DNA of 64,000 nucleotides, from NCBI GenBank assembly GCA_951406725.2, contig OX597839.1, forward strand, positions 9,424,001 to 9,488,000, written 5' to 3'. The DNA comes from Octopus vulgaris (taxonomy: Eukaryota). Shown here in pieces: positions 24,030 to 36,232 of the stretch. The notes under the pieces are model-generated. The model was not told where the DNA came from. It was given only the letters and a program-made list of their open reading frames with translations, and did no database searches. Made by a program: the position numbers and the translations under genes. The first letter of the stretch is position 1, and each line of letters opens with the position of its first letter.

Positions 24030-25740
24030 ATAACATGATGGTGGAACAGTGATGGGATGGGCTTGGAAAGAGTGGGAAAATGGAGTCACCAAAGAACTGT
24101 ATCAGGTTGCTGGAAGGGAAGTTAGGTGGCATGTTTATGAAGCAAAGACAGAAGCAGAAAGGAAGCGGTTCGTCGATGACTTTCAGTGTGAGGATCCGAG
24201 GCATGGGGTGTTCTGGATTGCAAGACAGCCTTAAAGAGAGAATCAAGATGGTATGGGAGAGAAGTATGTATGCATGGATGATGGTATTCTTGCACTTTGT
24301 GTGGAGGCACATGGCCTAGTGGTTAGAGCAGCAGATTCACGGTCTAGGGATCGCGGGTTCGAATCTCAGACCAGGTGATGTGCGTGTTTATGAGCGAAAC
24401 ACCTAAGCTCCACACGGCTCCAGCAGAAGGTAATGGCGAACTTCTGCTGACTCTTTTGCCACAACTTTCTCTCACTCTTTCCTCCTGCATCTTGCAGCTC
24501 ACCTGCAACGGACCGGCGTCCCGTCCAGGTGGGGAACCTATACGCCAAGAAACCGGGAAACCGGCCCTTATGAGCCAGGCATGGCTCGAGAAGGAACAAA
24601 CAACAAAAAACAATTCTTGCACTTTGTGATTCTGAAGAAAAAGAGGAGGTATTGAAGTACTACTATGAAAGGCTTATTGAACATGAAAAATGCATAGGAG
24701 AAAGAATCCCCCCTATGTTCACCCAACAGAGGGACCAGCTATCCTAGTTGAAAGCATATGATAAATAAGACAATTAAGGTTATAAAGACAGAGGAAGCTC
24801 CTGTCCATCAAGAATTACCACTGAGATGCATATAAAATATCTAAGAGAGTAGGATACAAACTAGTTACATGCATAGGTAATCAAGTTGTGCCGGAAGGAG
24901 TCATATCCAATGACTGATGTAGCAGCATTTTAATCAGCTGTTACAAGGGTAAGGGAAATACCATAGATGGAATTACAGAGGTATCACACTACTGGATCAG
25001 GGCATGTAAGTTACAGAAAGTTAATTAGAAACAGAATCAAACTAGATAAGATGTAGTTTGGTGTTATGCCAGGGAGAAGTATTGATGCTACATTCCAAGG
25101 AAGACAACTGCAGAAGTATTTAGCTAAGAGTAAACCATTAGCTTGACACTCATTGACCCGGAGAAAGCATTCAAATGAATCCCTTGCTTAGAGATATGGT
25201 GATCCCTGAAGAAATGAGGGACTTGTGAAAGCCATACACACTATGTACAGGGGTGCTATCAGTTATGTGAGTGTTAGCAATGAGTACAGCAATGAAGCCA
25301 GTCCTCAGTCCCCTCCTAGGCATCATAGTTCTCTAGGCCATAACAGAGGAATTTAAAACTGGTTGCCCTTAGGACTATTATATGCTGATGACCTTTTGCT
25401 AAGAAAAGTACTTCCAGATATGGAAGCAAAGCCTGGAATTCAAGGACTTAAAATTAACTTAGTAAGGTCCCAAAGTACTAGTAAGCAGGACAACAGACAG
25501 GACTTCCCTCACCTTGGGTAAATGGCTTTGCTCAATATATAGGAAGGGTATAGGTAGGAATTCTATAATGTGCTCAGTGCAAACTATAGGCATATAAGAG
25601 GCACAGTGGAATCACAGGAAGATTAACAGAGAAAGTAGTATTTATATGTAGAAGATACACAAAGGATAAACACTAAGAACACACAGGAAATAGGTTTTCT
25701 GGAATGCTCTGGAAACTCCTTAGAGGTAGTCGATAATTTA
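24030..25740 (+). mobile_element. RTE-clade LINE ORF2 (RT) remnant
   Basis: NYRGITLLDQG; FGVMPGRS; IDPEKAF; LLYADDL (25375-25395); downstream Cys-rich KWLCSIYRKGIGRNSI; many stops. Confidence 0.85.
24303..24612 (+). mobile_element. SINE family C inserted in the RTE LINE
   Basis: Full length; TSD ATTCTTGCACTTTGTG. Confidence 0.9.
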
Positions 25741-26242
25741 TATACACACATATATAGATTTGATTAGAGGGGATCTATCAAGGATCAAGGTATATTAAAA
25801 TGAAGCATGCCACAATTATTAGCCAGACAGAATGACACAAATCAGTCGAGTAATCCATTATCATAGCACAAAATGATTCAATGAAGGGAAGTTCACTATT
25901 GTTTGGTAATCAGCAACTTCAATAGTATCCAAAGTATCTAAAGTTGAATGGAACCTTAAGAATGCTGCAAAAACATAATAAAAATAGACAAAAGGGTTAT
26001 CTAGTCCTACTACAATTGTTTCGTTGTGAACCTTTATTACGAAAACATGGTATATCCGGGTATGCAGTATGCATAACATCCATAAGACTATGTAATAAAC
26101 TATGCAACTCTCAAATGGTGTGCTTGGTATCTGCTCTCTGCTGGTATATAATACTAGCTTTTATGAATGAAGTCACTAAGTTTAATGACATCTTTTGAAT
26201 AGAAGAATCTTTTAATTATTCTTTAATTTACAACCTTACTCT

Positions 26243-26625
26243 GTCACAGGTAAAAGGTTCTTGTCTCTCTAAGAGAAACATTTCCAGAAAATTACAGGTA
26301 CAGAAAAATATTCAACAGGCATTCAGTCGAATTTTCATACAGTAGTTGCCCCAATATGAAGAGCATCATTACAAGCAAACACCACCAACAGCCTACTCCC
26401 AGCTGTAACTGTCGAGACCCAGGAACTTGTCCACTCAACCAGGGGTGCATAATTAAATCTGTCATATATGAATCAGAAGTTACATAACTGAAAAGAAGAA
26501 CTACATTGGGCTATGTGAAGGCAACTTCAAAGATTGGTATGCTAACCACATAGCTTCCTTCTGGCACAGGGACAAAAGTAAAGTCAATAAGTTGACTAGC
26601 AACATATGGGGTTTGAACAAAATGA
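26243..26625 (+). mobile_element. Penelope GIY-YIG endonuclease remnant
   Basis: KIFNRHSVEFSYSSCPNMKSII...CNCRDPGTCPLNQGCIIKSVIYESEV...NYIGLCEGNFKDWYANHIASF. Confidence 0.85.
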
Positions 26626-26669
26626 ACTAAAAGAATAGCATGATAAGAATGATAATAATAATAATAATG

Positions 26670-26882
26670 ATTTCAAATTTTGCCACAAGGGCAACAATTT
26701 AAGAGGAGGGGATGAGTCGATTACATTGACCCCAGTGTTCAACTGGTACTTATTTTAATGACCATGAAAGGATGAAAAGCAAAGTCAACCTTGGCAGAAA
26801 TTGAACTTAGAACGTGAAGATAGATGAAATGCCACTAAGCATTTTGCCTGATGTGCAAGCGATTCTGCTAGTTGGCCGCCTT
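26670..26882 (-). mobile_element. Older SINE family A copy
   Basis: Diverged match, in an (AAT)n context. Confidence 0.8.
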
Positions 26883-27384
26883 ATTCATAATAATAATAAT
26901 AATGGAAGATATGTTAGGAATCAGAATCATAACCCTGATCAAATGATTAAGTAACCACCCAAAAACAGCAACATAGGCTACGATGATGGTACTGGAAGAG
27001 AATAAGCTACAGAGTATCAAGGGATAGAAATGCACATTGCAAAAGGGTTACGGTGAATGTCCACAAGAAGAGGGTCCTTCCTAAGTGTTCTTCTGGAGTA
27101 CAATGGAACATAAAATGAAATCAAACAAAACAAAATGAAATAAAACAAAAAAAAATGAAATATGATATAGTAAAGTATTCAGACATGGTTCAGGCAAGGA
27201 CAGAAAATAAGGTTAAGAAGAGCGGTCAAGCAAAAGTGATCCCATAGGGCAGGGTGGTCCAGAGTTGACCACAGGAGTAGAAAAAGCAAAGCAAGAGTTA
27301 TGCAAAGCTAAAGCAAAATTGAGTAGGAAAAAAGAGAGTGGCCAGGGCCACCAACACACAGCCATTTTGGTAGTGAAGTTCACA

Positions 27385-27620
27385 TGTGGACCACAAAGGG
27401 TCTCCATAGAAAAAGCAATCCATAAAAGGTGATCCATGAAAGTTAATAATAGGTGGTAATCCATAACAAGTGGGCCTTAAAGGTAGTCCGCAAATGTGAT
27501 CCATAAGATGTATTCCAAAAGAGGTAATCCACAAAGGTGATCCATAAGGAACAGACTATAAAAGGGGGTCCATAAAAGATAATCCTTAAGGAATAATCCA
27601 CAAAGGTTGTCCATGGAAAA
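27385..27620. repeat. Degenerate ~12-13-bp minisatellite (GGTGATCCATAAA-like)
   Basis: Recurrent ATCCA(T/C)AAAGG at 12-13-bp spacing. Confidence 0.7.
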
Positions 27621-28356
27621 ATAGACAAGTGGTACATGTAAAGTATACTGGTAGTCATCCAGAGAGGAGTCAGCAGAGCAAAATTTGATGACAGAGCATC
27701 AGATGGCATAAGCAATAGAAAAACTATGCTGGGATACCAAACCATAACAACCAAAAGTTGGGTAGACGGAAAACAGTTAAAAAGAGGAGTGAAATACACA
27801 CAAAATTAAATACACAAAAAGTTCAGCAGGCTCCAGACACTGTGAGATCTGCTGAACATTCACCCATTTTGGAGATAGAATTCTTCTGAAGTAAGGATAC
27901 AGTCAGAGACTGGGACACCTTTGAAAAATTGCAAGTTAATCTTTTACCCATGCAAGAAAAACCATTATCATTATCAACATCATTTTATCATTTCCATGTT
28001 TCCATGAGTTGGACAGAATGGATTGAAGTAGTTTTTCTACAGCAAGATGATCTTCCTGTCACCAAATCTCATCTGTTTCTGAGAAAAGGTACTACTTCAC
28101 CAGTCGGTCAAACAGCAGGAAAAGTACAGATATAGTTAAGCAGTGAACACCCTTTGAATTAGCCTTTTGTTTATAAAGATCACATAACATGTCAAACAGT
28201 CCAGACATGTTTTTGACGTTGACTTCAGGCAGAATTTTGACAGCAAGGCTGTTGTTTCCAGTCAGTGAATACACACAAAGACGAGGGTAAATGTGAACAT
28301 ATTCACATAAACACAAACATACATACATATAAACAAATATATACAAATGTTTATTT

Positions 28357-28762
28357 GAGTGGCCGTGTGGTAAGTAGCATTGCTTGCTTTCCAACAACAT
28401 GGTTCTGGGTTCAGTCCCACTGCGTGGCACCTTGGGCAAGTGTCTTCGACTATAGCCTTGGGCCGACCAAAGCCTTGTGAGTGGATTTGGTAGACGGAAA
28501 CTGAAAGAAGCCTGTCATGTGTGTGTGTGTGTTTGTGAGTGTGTTTGTGTGTATGTGTTTGTCCCGCCCACCCAACATTGCTTGACAATCGATGGTGGTG
28601 TATTTATGCACCCGTAACTTACCGGTTCGGCAAAAGAGACCGACAGAATAAAGTACTAGGCTTACAAAGAATAAGTCCTGGGGGTCAGTTTGCTCGACTA
28701 AAAGCGGTAGCTCCAGCACAGGACGCAGTCAAATGAGTGAAACAAGCAAAAGAATAAAAGAA
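28357..28762 (+). mobile_element. SINE family B
   Basis: Full-length match. Confidence 0.85.
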
Positions 28763-28899
28763 ATGCATACAACAGGCTTCTTTCATTTCTGCCTTACCAA
28801 TCTCACTCAAAAGGTATTAGTTAACTCACAGCTGTTGAATAAAACACCAGCTGACAGTGTTCATGCAAGCCCCAAACCACATGGTTCCAAAAGCTGCGT

Positions 28900-29074
28900 C
28901 TGTGTGTATGTGTACATATATATATACATATATATATATACATATATATATATACATATATATATATACATGTATATATATACATGTATATATATACAAT
29001 ATATATATATATATATATATATAAATATATATATATACATATATACATATATATATATACATATATATATATAC

Positions 29075-29111
<37 letters not shown>

Positions 29112-29218
29112 CATATATACATATATATATATATACATATATACATATATATATATACATATATACATATATATATATACATATATATACATATATACAT
29201 ATATATATTCATATATAC

Positions 29219-29264
<46 letters not shown>

Positions 29265-29288
29265 CACACACACATACATATATATATC
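28900..29288. repeat. (TA)n/(TACATA)n microsatellite
   Basis: Direct reading. Confidence 0.95.
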
Positions 29289-29617
29289 ACTTTACCTCAT
29301 GCAAACATATTTCTCTGTTTACATTTGATATGAACTTTGTTTTATAGGGACAAATATAAAACACTGTTTTACACTTTGAACTGCTTAAATACCTTTTGAA
29401 TCGGTGATTCTCGTCTTTATGACACCATTTTCATTTCCATTTTTTTTTTTTTTCCAAATAACTTTTCAAATATGACATGATTTAATTTCTTCCAAAATAT
29501 GTTTATAATTGATTGCCTCCCTTCCTCCATCTACCTCCCCACCTATCACCTTCCCTCCCTCTCTCTCCACACACTATACCTGCACCCATATTATATATAT
29601 ACACATATTATATATAA

Positions 29618-29848
29618 AGGCGGTGAGCTGGCAGAAACGTTAGCACGCCGGGCGAAATGCGTAACCGTATTTCGTCTGCCGTTACATTCTGAGTTCAAAT
29701 TCCACCGAGGTCGACATTGCTTTTCATCCTTTCGGGGTTGATAAATTAAGTACCAGTTATGCACTGGGGTCGATGTAATCGACTTAATCCGTTTGTCTGT
29801 CCTTGTTTGTCCCCTCTATGTTTAGCCCCTTGTGGGCAATAAAGAAAT
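29618..29848 (+). mobile_element. SINE family A
   Basis: Full length, plus orientation; followed by a short RTE tail (29860-29918). Confidence 0.9.
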
Positions 29849-29932
29849 ATATATATACACATCCCCGTCCAACCTGTGCTAGCGCGGAAAACGGACGTTA
29901 AACGATGATGATGATGATGCACACATACATAG

Positions 29933-30891
29933 ATGCAGGTATGGCTGTGTGGTAAGAAGTTTGCTTCCCAACCACATAGTTCCAGGTTCAGTACCACTGT
30001 GTGGCACCCTGGAGAAGATCTTCTACTATAGTTTGGGCCAACCAAAGCATTGTGAGGGGATATGGTAGACAGAAACTGAAAGAAGCCTATCAGATCTATG
30101 CATGTCTGTGTGTGTATCTTTGTGTCCGTTTGTCCCCTACCAGTGCTTGACAACTGGTGTTGATGTATTTATTGGGTTGTCCGAAAAGTTCGTGCCAATT
30201 TTTAAAGGAAAGAAAAAGGTCAATAAATACTTGCCATTGACATTTTAATCAACTAAATATGAACTATTTTGTTGCACAATGCGTCTCCATCTTTCCTTTA
30301 ACTTGAAAATACCTTCTTCCCAGAATTGAGGTGATTTCATGGCAAAGGATTCATCAAGGTATCTTTTTACGTCATCCAAGGAATTGAAATTTTTACCATT
30401 AAGACTATTCTGCAGAGATCTGAATAAGTGGAAATCCGAAGGAGCAATATCTAGTGAATATGGAGGGTGGGGTAACACATCCCAACCAAGCTGCAGCAAT
30501 TTTTGTCTGGTTCCCAAAGCATCAAGTGCCGAAAATGAACTTTCTTATCTTCCATTTTAAAGGGTTACAGAATTAACACAGGTTATAGGAACATAAATCT
30601 TCTTCTAAGAAAAGATAGCTTAAACTGTGCTCTAAATGGAGATGTAGTCAAATCCTATTTTATGGACTCAACCATATTCTAAAATAAGTCGAAACGTAAG
30701 CTACTATAAATCGGCATGAACTTTCCGGACAACCCAATACATCCCCTTAACAGTTCAACAAAAGAACCAATAGAATATGCATCAGGCTTAAAAAATAAGC
30801 AATGGGGTTAATTTGTTTGACTAAAATTCTTCAAGGCAGTGCCCCAGCATGGCCGCAGTCTAATGACTGAAACAAGTAAAAGGTAAAAAGG
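29933..30891 (+). mobile_element. SINE family B interrupted by a mariner deletion derivative
   Basis: 5' half ends ...GTATTTA; 3' half resumes TACATCCCC. Confidence 0.8.
30172..30737 (-). mobile_element. Internally deleted mariner element (566 bp)
   Basis: TA TSD; TIRs TTGGGTTGTCCG.AAAGTTC.TGCC; WDVLPHPPYSLDIAPSDFHLF (YSPDLAP motif). Confidence 0.92.
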
Positions 30892-32066
30892 TATACATAT
30901 ACATTTCTTAGTCTGCTACCAGTGCCTATCTTTCACCTTGACCTCTCATACTCTTATCACTCATTTTCCTGTCACCCTTATCCATGTACCATTGGTATAA
31001 GGCCCACCTACTTCATATCTCCATCATCTTCCCTGCAAAATCTTTCACGATCTTCAACTCTCTGCATCAGCTTGTCCCGTTGTCCGTTATACAATTCCAG
31101 TTCTTCTCATCTTGAAACTCAACCTCTACTAAATCAACATCATCTCTGCAATTATTAGGTCATCCAACTACTACCTTATCACAGCTAACCACCACACACC
31201 AACATTCTACACAATTTCCCTCTACCTCAGCTTAGCTAACTATTTGGAGTTCTACTTGTTCTATGCTATGGCCTAGCAGTTGTTAGGGTATTGCACTCAT
31301 GACTGCGACATCATAGTTTCAATTCATACACCGAGTGCTGTGTTGTGTTCTTGAACAAAACACTTAATCAAAAGTTGCTGTGGGATCACTTCGACACCTG
31401 ACATCTGGTACACCATGCACCTTTACAGGCAACATTGAATTAATGTAGGAAATGAGCTCTCACATGTCATCTTCATAGCATGTACTACACCCCTAACCCT
31501 CTAGAAACCATCCTGTTTAGCATGCCCCTCCACATCTCACACAACAATAACTTACAACCCTAAACCCTCCTATGTGCTTCATTCATAAACATGCAACAGC
31601 GAAGAATGTAGCCTACAATGTTTGGAGATGCATCACAACTCATACAAGACCTAATTCCTCTATAAATCATATAAGCTCACTTGCCTCCAAAACTGCAACT
31701 GACCCTTCTAGTCCTTAGCCAAAAGATCACTACCAACTTTGTAAAATCCATCTGCTCTGCACTTTTCAACTGTAATGGTCCTAAAAGCAGTTTTCCCACA
31801 GAGAAAGCCTCTATATTTTATTCCCACTTTACGTCAGCTTCATACTACACACACTAGGTAAATCACCTCCAAAACTATCCCTTTCAATTCAATTGGGCTC
31901 AAACACCATGCACACATAGAAGCCAAATTCAAAGTACTTCCTTCCAGTCACTTCAAACGAACAAAACCACAAATCGTGAAAATGTACCAGCCATAAACTT
32001 CAAACAATGCACCCACAAACTAGACCCTATACTCACCAAATTCTTCAATCGATCTTTTATTACACA

Positions 32067-32436
32067 GAGGCGTGGCTATCTGATAAGAAGTTTGCTATCC
32101 CAACCACATGGTTCCGGGTTCAGTCCCACTGCCGATACTTGGGCAAGTGTCTTTTACTATAACCTCAGACCGAGTAGATTTGGCAGACGGAAACTGAAAG
32201 AAGCCTGTCGTGTGTGTGTGTCTTTATGTCTGTGTTTACCCCCCCCCCCCCACCACCACCACCACCACCACCACCGCTTGACAACCTGTGTTGTTTACGC
32301 CCCTGTAACTTAGCGGTTCAGCACAAGAGAACGATAGAATAACGACTATACATTAAAAAATACATCGCGGGGTCGATTTGTTCGACTAAAAGGCATGGCC
32401 GAAGTCAAATGACTGAAACAAGAAAAAGATAAAAGA
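32067..32436 (+). mobile_element. SINE family B (diverged)
   Basis: Head, CORE-like segment and tail all recognisable. Confidence 0.8.
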
Positions 32437-32981
32437 TTTAGCTTGATCTTTGAAAACAACTATATTTGAGAGTCAAGACTATTGAAAAGGTTGCAACACG
32501 CAACAAACATTTTAGAAAATAAAAATAAGAAATAAGTGGAAATTTTACCGGTGAGTGTGTTAAATAATAAGGCACTAAAAGAGAATGACTCTCCCCAGAC
32601 ACAACAGAACATGCTTCAACACACGAATTCATATAAAGAATCTTGCAAACCAAATCCAAAAACGGAACTATACAATGTTCTTTTCTCAAAGAAGCAACCC
32701 TCCTGATACAGCCAACTTATCATCCCACCACATACAATTCTAATATTTTGAAGGTGATGAAAGCGGTCATTATTAAAAACCTTTTCCATCACCATGAATT
32801 TCTTTCCCTTCTTAGAAATCCAAAGCTACAGGATGCATACTGTGTCCACTCGCCAGCGCAACCTCGTTGCCCTTAACATAAACAAGGCTTTCAATCAAAT
32901 CAGGAGTGTAAATCTCTGGTCATCTCTGGTTCAAATATGATGTATTCTAGGATTTTGTTTTACCCACCGCTACCACCACCG

Positions 32982-33293
32982 TGGAAGTGCCATCCAACCA
33001 AAATGCAAATATATGGGAAACTACCACCTGTGTCATCTCTTGTGAAAGGTAGGAGAGTCCAGTTTGCTGGACATTGTTGTAGAGCTGAAAACAAGGCAAT
33101 TTCTGCTCTTCTCCTCTGAAAGCCATCTACTCGCAATACCAGAGGGCGCACACTCTCCTACCCTGATGTAATCTCCAGGGATACAGGCATCCAGCAACAG
33201 GACCTCCATAATGCCATCATGGACCATGAAGTCTGGCGTAGCATGGTAAATTCCATTGTCTCAACCACAGTCGCACAATGATGATGATGATGA
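32982..33293 (+). mobile_element. 5'-truncated RTEX-type LINE 3' end
   Basis: WKCHPTKMQIYGKLPPVS...RRVQFAGHCCR...MDHEVWRSMV, then (TGA)n; ACCACCAC on both flanks. Confidence 0.8.
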
Positions 33294-33363
33294 CCACCAC
33301 TGTCTTGCTCTTTATACATCAATGACATACTCGCTGTCATACACACAGATGGAAGATAGCAAC

Positions 33364-33832
33364 CTATTTCTTTACTACCCACAAGGGGCTAAACACAGAG
33401 AGGACAAACAAGGACAAACGGATTAAGTCAAATTATATCGACCCCAGTGCGTAACTGGTACTTATTTAATCGACCCCGAAAGGATGAAAGGCAAAGTCGA
33501 CCTCGGCGGAATTTGAACTCAGAACGTAACGGCAGACGAAATGCCGCTAAGCATTTCGCCCGGCGTGCTAACGTTTCTGCCAGCTCGCCGCCTTTGAAAG
33601 ATAGCAACCACTAACCTATTTCTTTATTACCCACAAGGGGCTAAACAAGTCAGACATAGGTATTAAGTCGATTATATCGACCCCAGTGCGTAACTGGTAC
33701 TTATTTAATCGACCCCGAATGGATGAAAGGCAAAGTCGACCTCGGCGGAATTTGAACTCAGAACGTAACGGCAGAAGAAATGCCGCCAAGCATTTCGCCC
33801 GGCGTGCTAACGTTTCTGCCAGCTCGCCGCCT
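33364..33832 (-). mobile_element. Tandem pair of SINE family A
   Basis: 33364-33593 and 33617-33832; TTGAAAGATAGCAACCACTAACC follows each copy. Confidence 0.92.
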
Positions 33833-34927
33833 TTGAAAGATAGCAACCACTAACCATTGATCCCTATTCGGTTACACACGAGCACCATCGACACGCATCC
33901 AAGATAGCATTGCCAAATTTGAAATGACTTCACGTTGAGAGTCCTCAAAACCATCCTTCGATGGAGTCAAGCCAATCTTGTCTCTTTCAAACAATACAAA
34001 AATACAATCATTACACGTATGCTCAAGAAAATATTACTACATTCCAACACTCTTAAACATGAACAGCACAGAGCTGGAAACCTCATGATGGTTACGAAAG
34101 CTAGGCTGCACCGACACCGAGGATCTCTGCTGGTAAGTGCAAATCCTCAACACAATTAAAAATGTATCATGATGAGAGTTTGTATATGTGTATATACACA
34201 CGCGCACACGTCTGTATATATTTTATGACGTTGAGGCGGTGGCTGGCATGCATACATACGTACATACATACACACATACCTACATACATACATACATACA
34301 TACATACATACATACATACATCGGTATATATTTTATGACGTTGAGGCGGTGGCTAGCATGCATACATACATACATACGTACACAAACACATACATACATA
34401 CATACATATATCCATCCGTCCATCCATACATACATACATACGTACACAAACAAATACATCCATACGTACGTACACATATATACATCCATCCATCGATCCA
34501 TACATACATACATCCATACACACACACATACATATATACATTCATACATACATACATACATACATACATACATACATACATACATACATACATACATTAT
34601 AGAAATAACAATTCAAGCTACACGATGAAATTCCTCTCGGGAGAATCTTAAAACACACATACATCCATGTAAACACACATGCATATATATCGTAAATACA
34701 CAACACACAAACACACACGCACCACAAATACATCCATTTGTTAAACTGACTACTTCAAAAATCCGTAAAACATAAAATTAATTTTAGCGATCTATGTTAA
34801 TTTCAGCTTAAAATAACATAGCCAACTCTACATCCTTTGTATGAAGTTCATTTCACCCCGGATTTTAACAGTAGTGTACCTCCTTCCTACAAACATGTAC
34901 ATACATATACACATACACTCACAAATA

Positions 34928-34968
<41 letters not shown>

Positions 34969-35159
34969 GTGCGTGTGTACCCTCACACGGTAACATATTT
35001 ACGTAATTTACGGAGGGTGGATGTAGAGTTTGCAAGTGGAGAGCACGGGTATAATACATCGTATATAGAAGGAAGAGTGTTTGTATACATATATACATGT
35101 GCCTATGTTGTATGTGTGTGTGTATGTGCGTGTATATATAGATACATACATAAATAGAC

Positions 35160-35274
<115 letters not shown>

Positions 35275-35314
35275 CAGACAGATACGTAGATAGATAGATA
35301 GACAGACAGATACG

Positions 35315-35383
<69 letters not shown>

Positions 35384-36170
35384 GGATGGATGGATGGATG
35401 GATGGGTGGATGGATGGATGGATAGATAGATAGACACATACATACACACACACACAAATGGTTGTGTGCGTGTTTAAGAATTCCGACATGTTTAGTGTTT
35501 GTATTTACGAATTCATAGTTATATGTTAACGCCAAGTCATTCTTGAATGAGCAGGCGTATTGTAATAATAATAATAATAATAATAATGATAATAGTAACA
35601 ACAACAACAACAAAAATAAAGCATTCTGGCCACGACCATCCCGTCGTTCCAGGAGTATTTGGTAATAAATTATCAAATGTGTCGTTCCTTATCGCAGACA
35701 GCGCGAATCAGATGCGAGGGAAATTTGGTGCGATTGCGACCACGTACATATGCTTGTATATATGTTTGGTGTTTTGCAGAATTCATAGATGAGAATGTAT
35801 ATATGTTGTGTGTGTATGTATGTATGTATGTGTGTGTGCATATAAGAATCCATACATACATACATACATACATACATACATACATACATACATACATACA
35901 TGCATGCATGCATGCATACACATACATACATACATACACACATACATACATACATACACATATAGGGGTGTGTATAGAACAATCCATACACGTGTTTGGT
36001 TTCAGTATATATATATATATATACTTATAGGGATAGAAGAAACCATGCAGGTGTACATATATGTGCTTGACGGGTGTATTTAAGAACCCATACATATGTT
36101 TATGTTTGGGTATATGTATATAAGAACCAATGCACGTGCATGGGTATGTGTGTGTGTGTGTGTGTGTGTA

Positions 36171-36232
<62 letters not shown>

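Larger units (their letters stand above)
32640..34160 (+). mobile_element. CR1/Jockey-group LINE RT remnant, interrupted by RTEX and a SINE A pair
   Basis: YHPTTYNSNILKVMKAVI (NYRPISL..SKVME-like); VALNINKAFNQ; LYINDIL; ILRWSQANLVSF. Confidence 0.65.

Noticed and set aside
28733-29347. 204-aa and overlapping Y/I/H/T-rich ORFs (also throughout 34-42 kb)
   Set aside because: Translations of (TA)n, (TACA)n and (GATA)n microsatellites.
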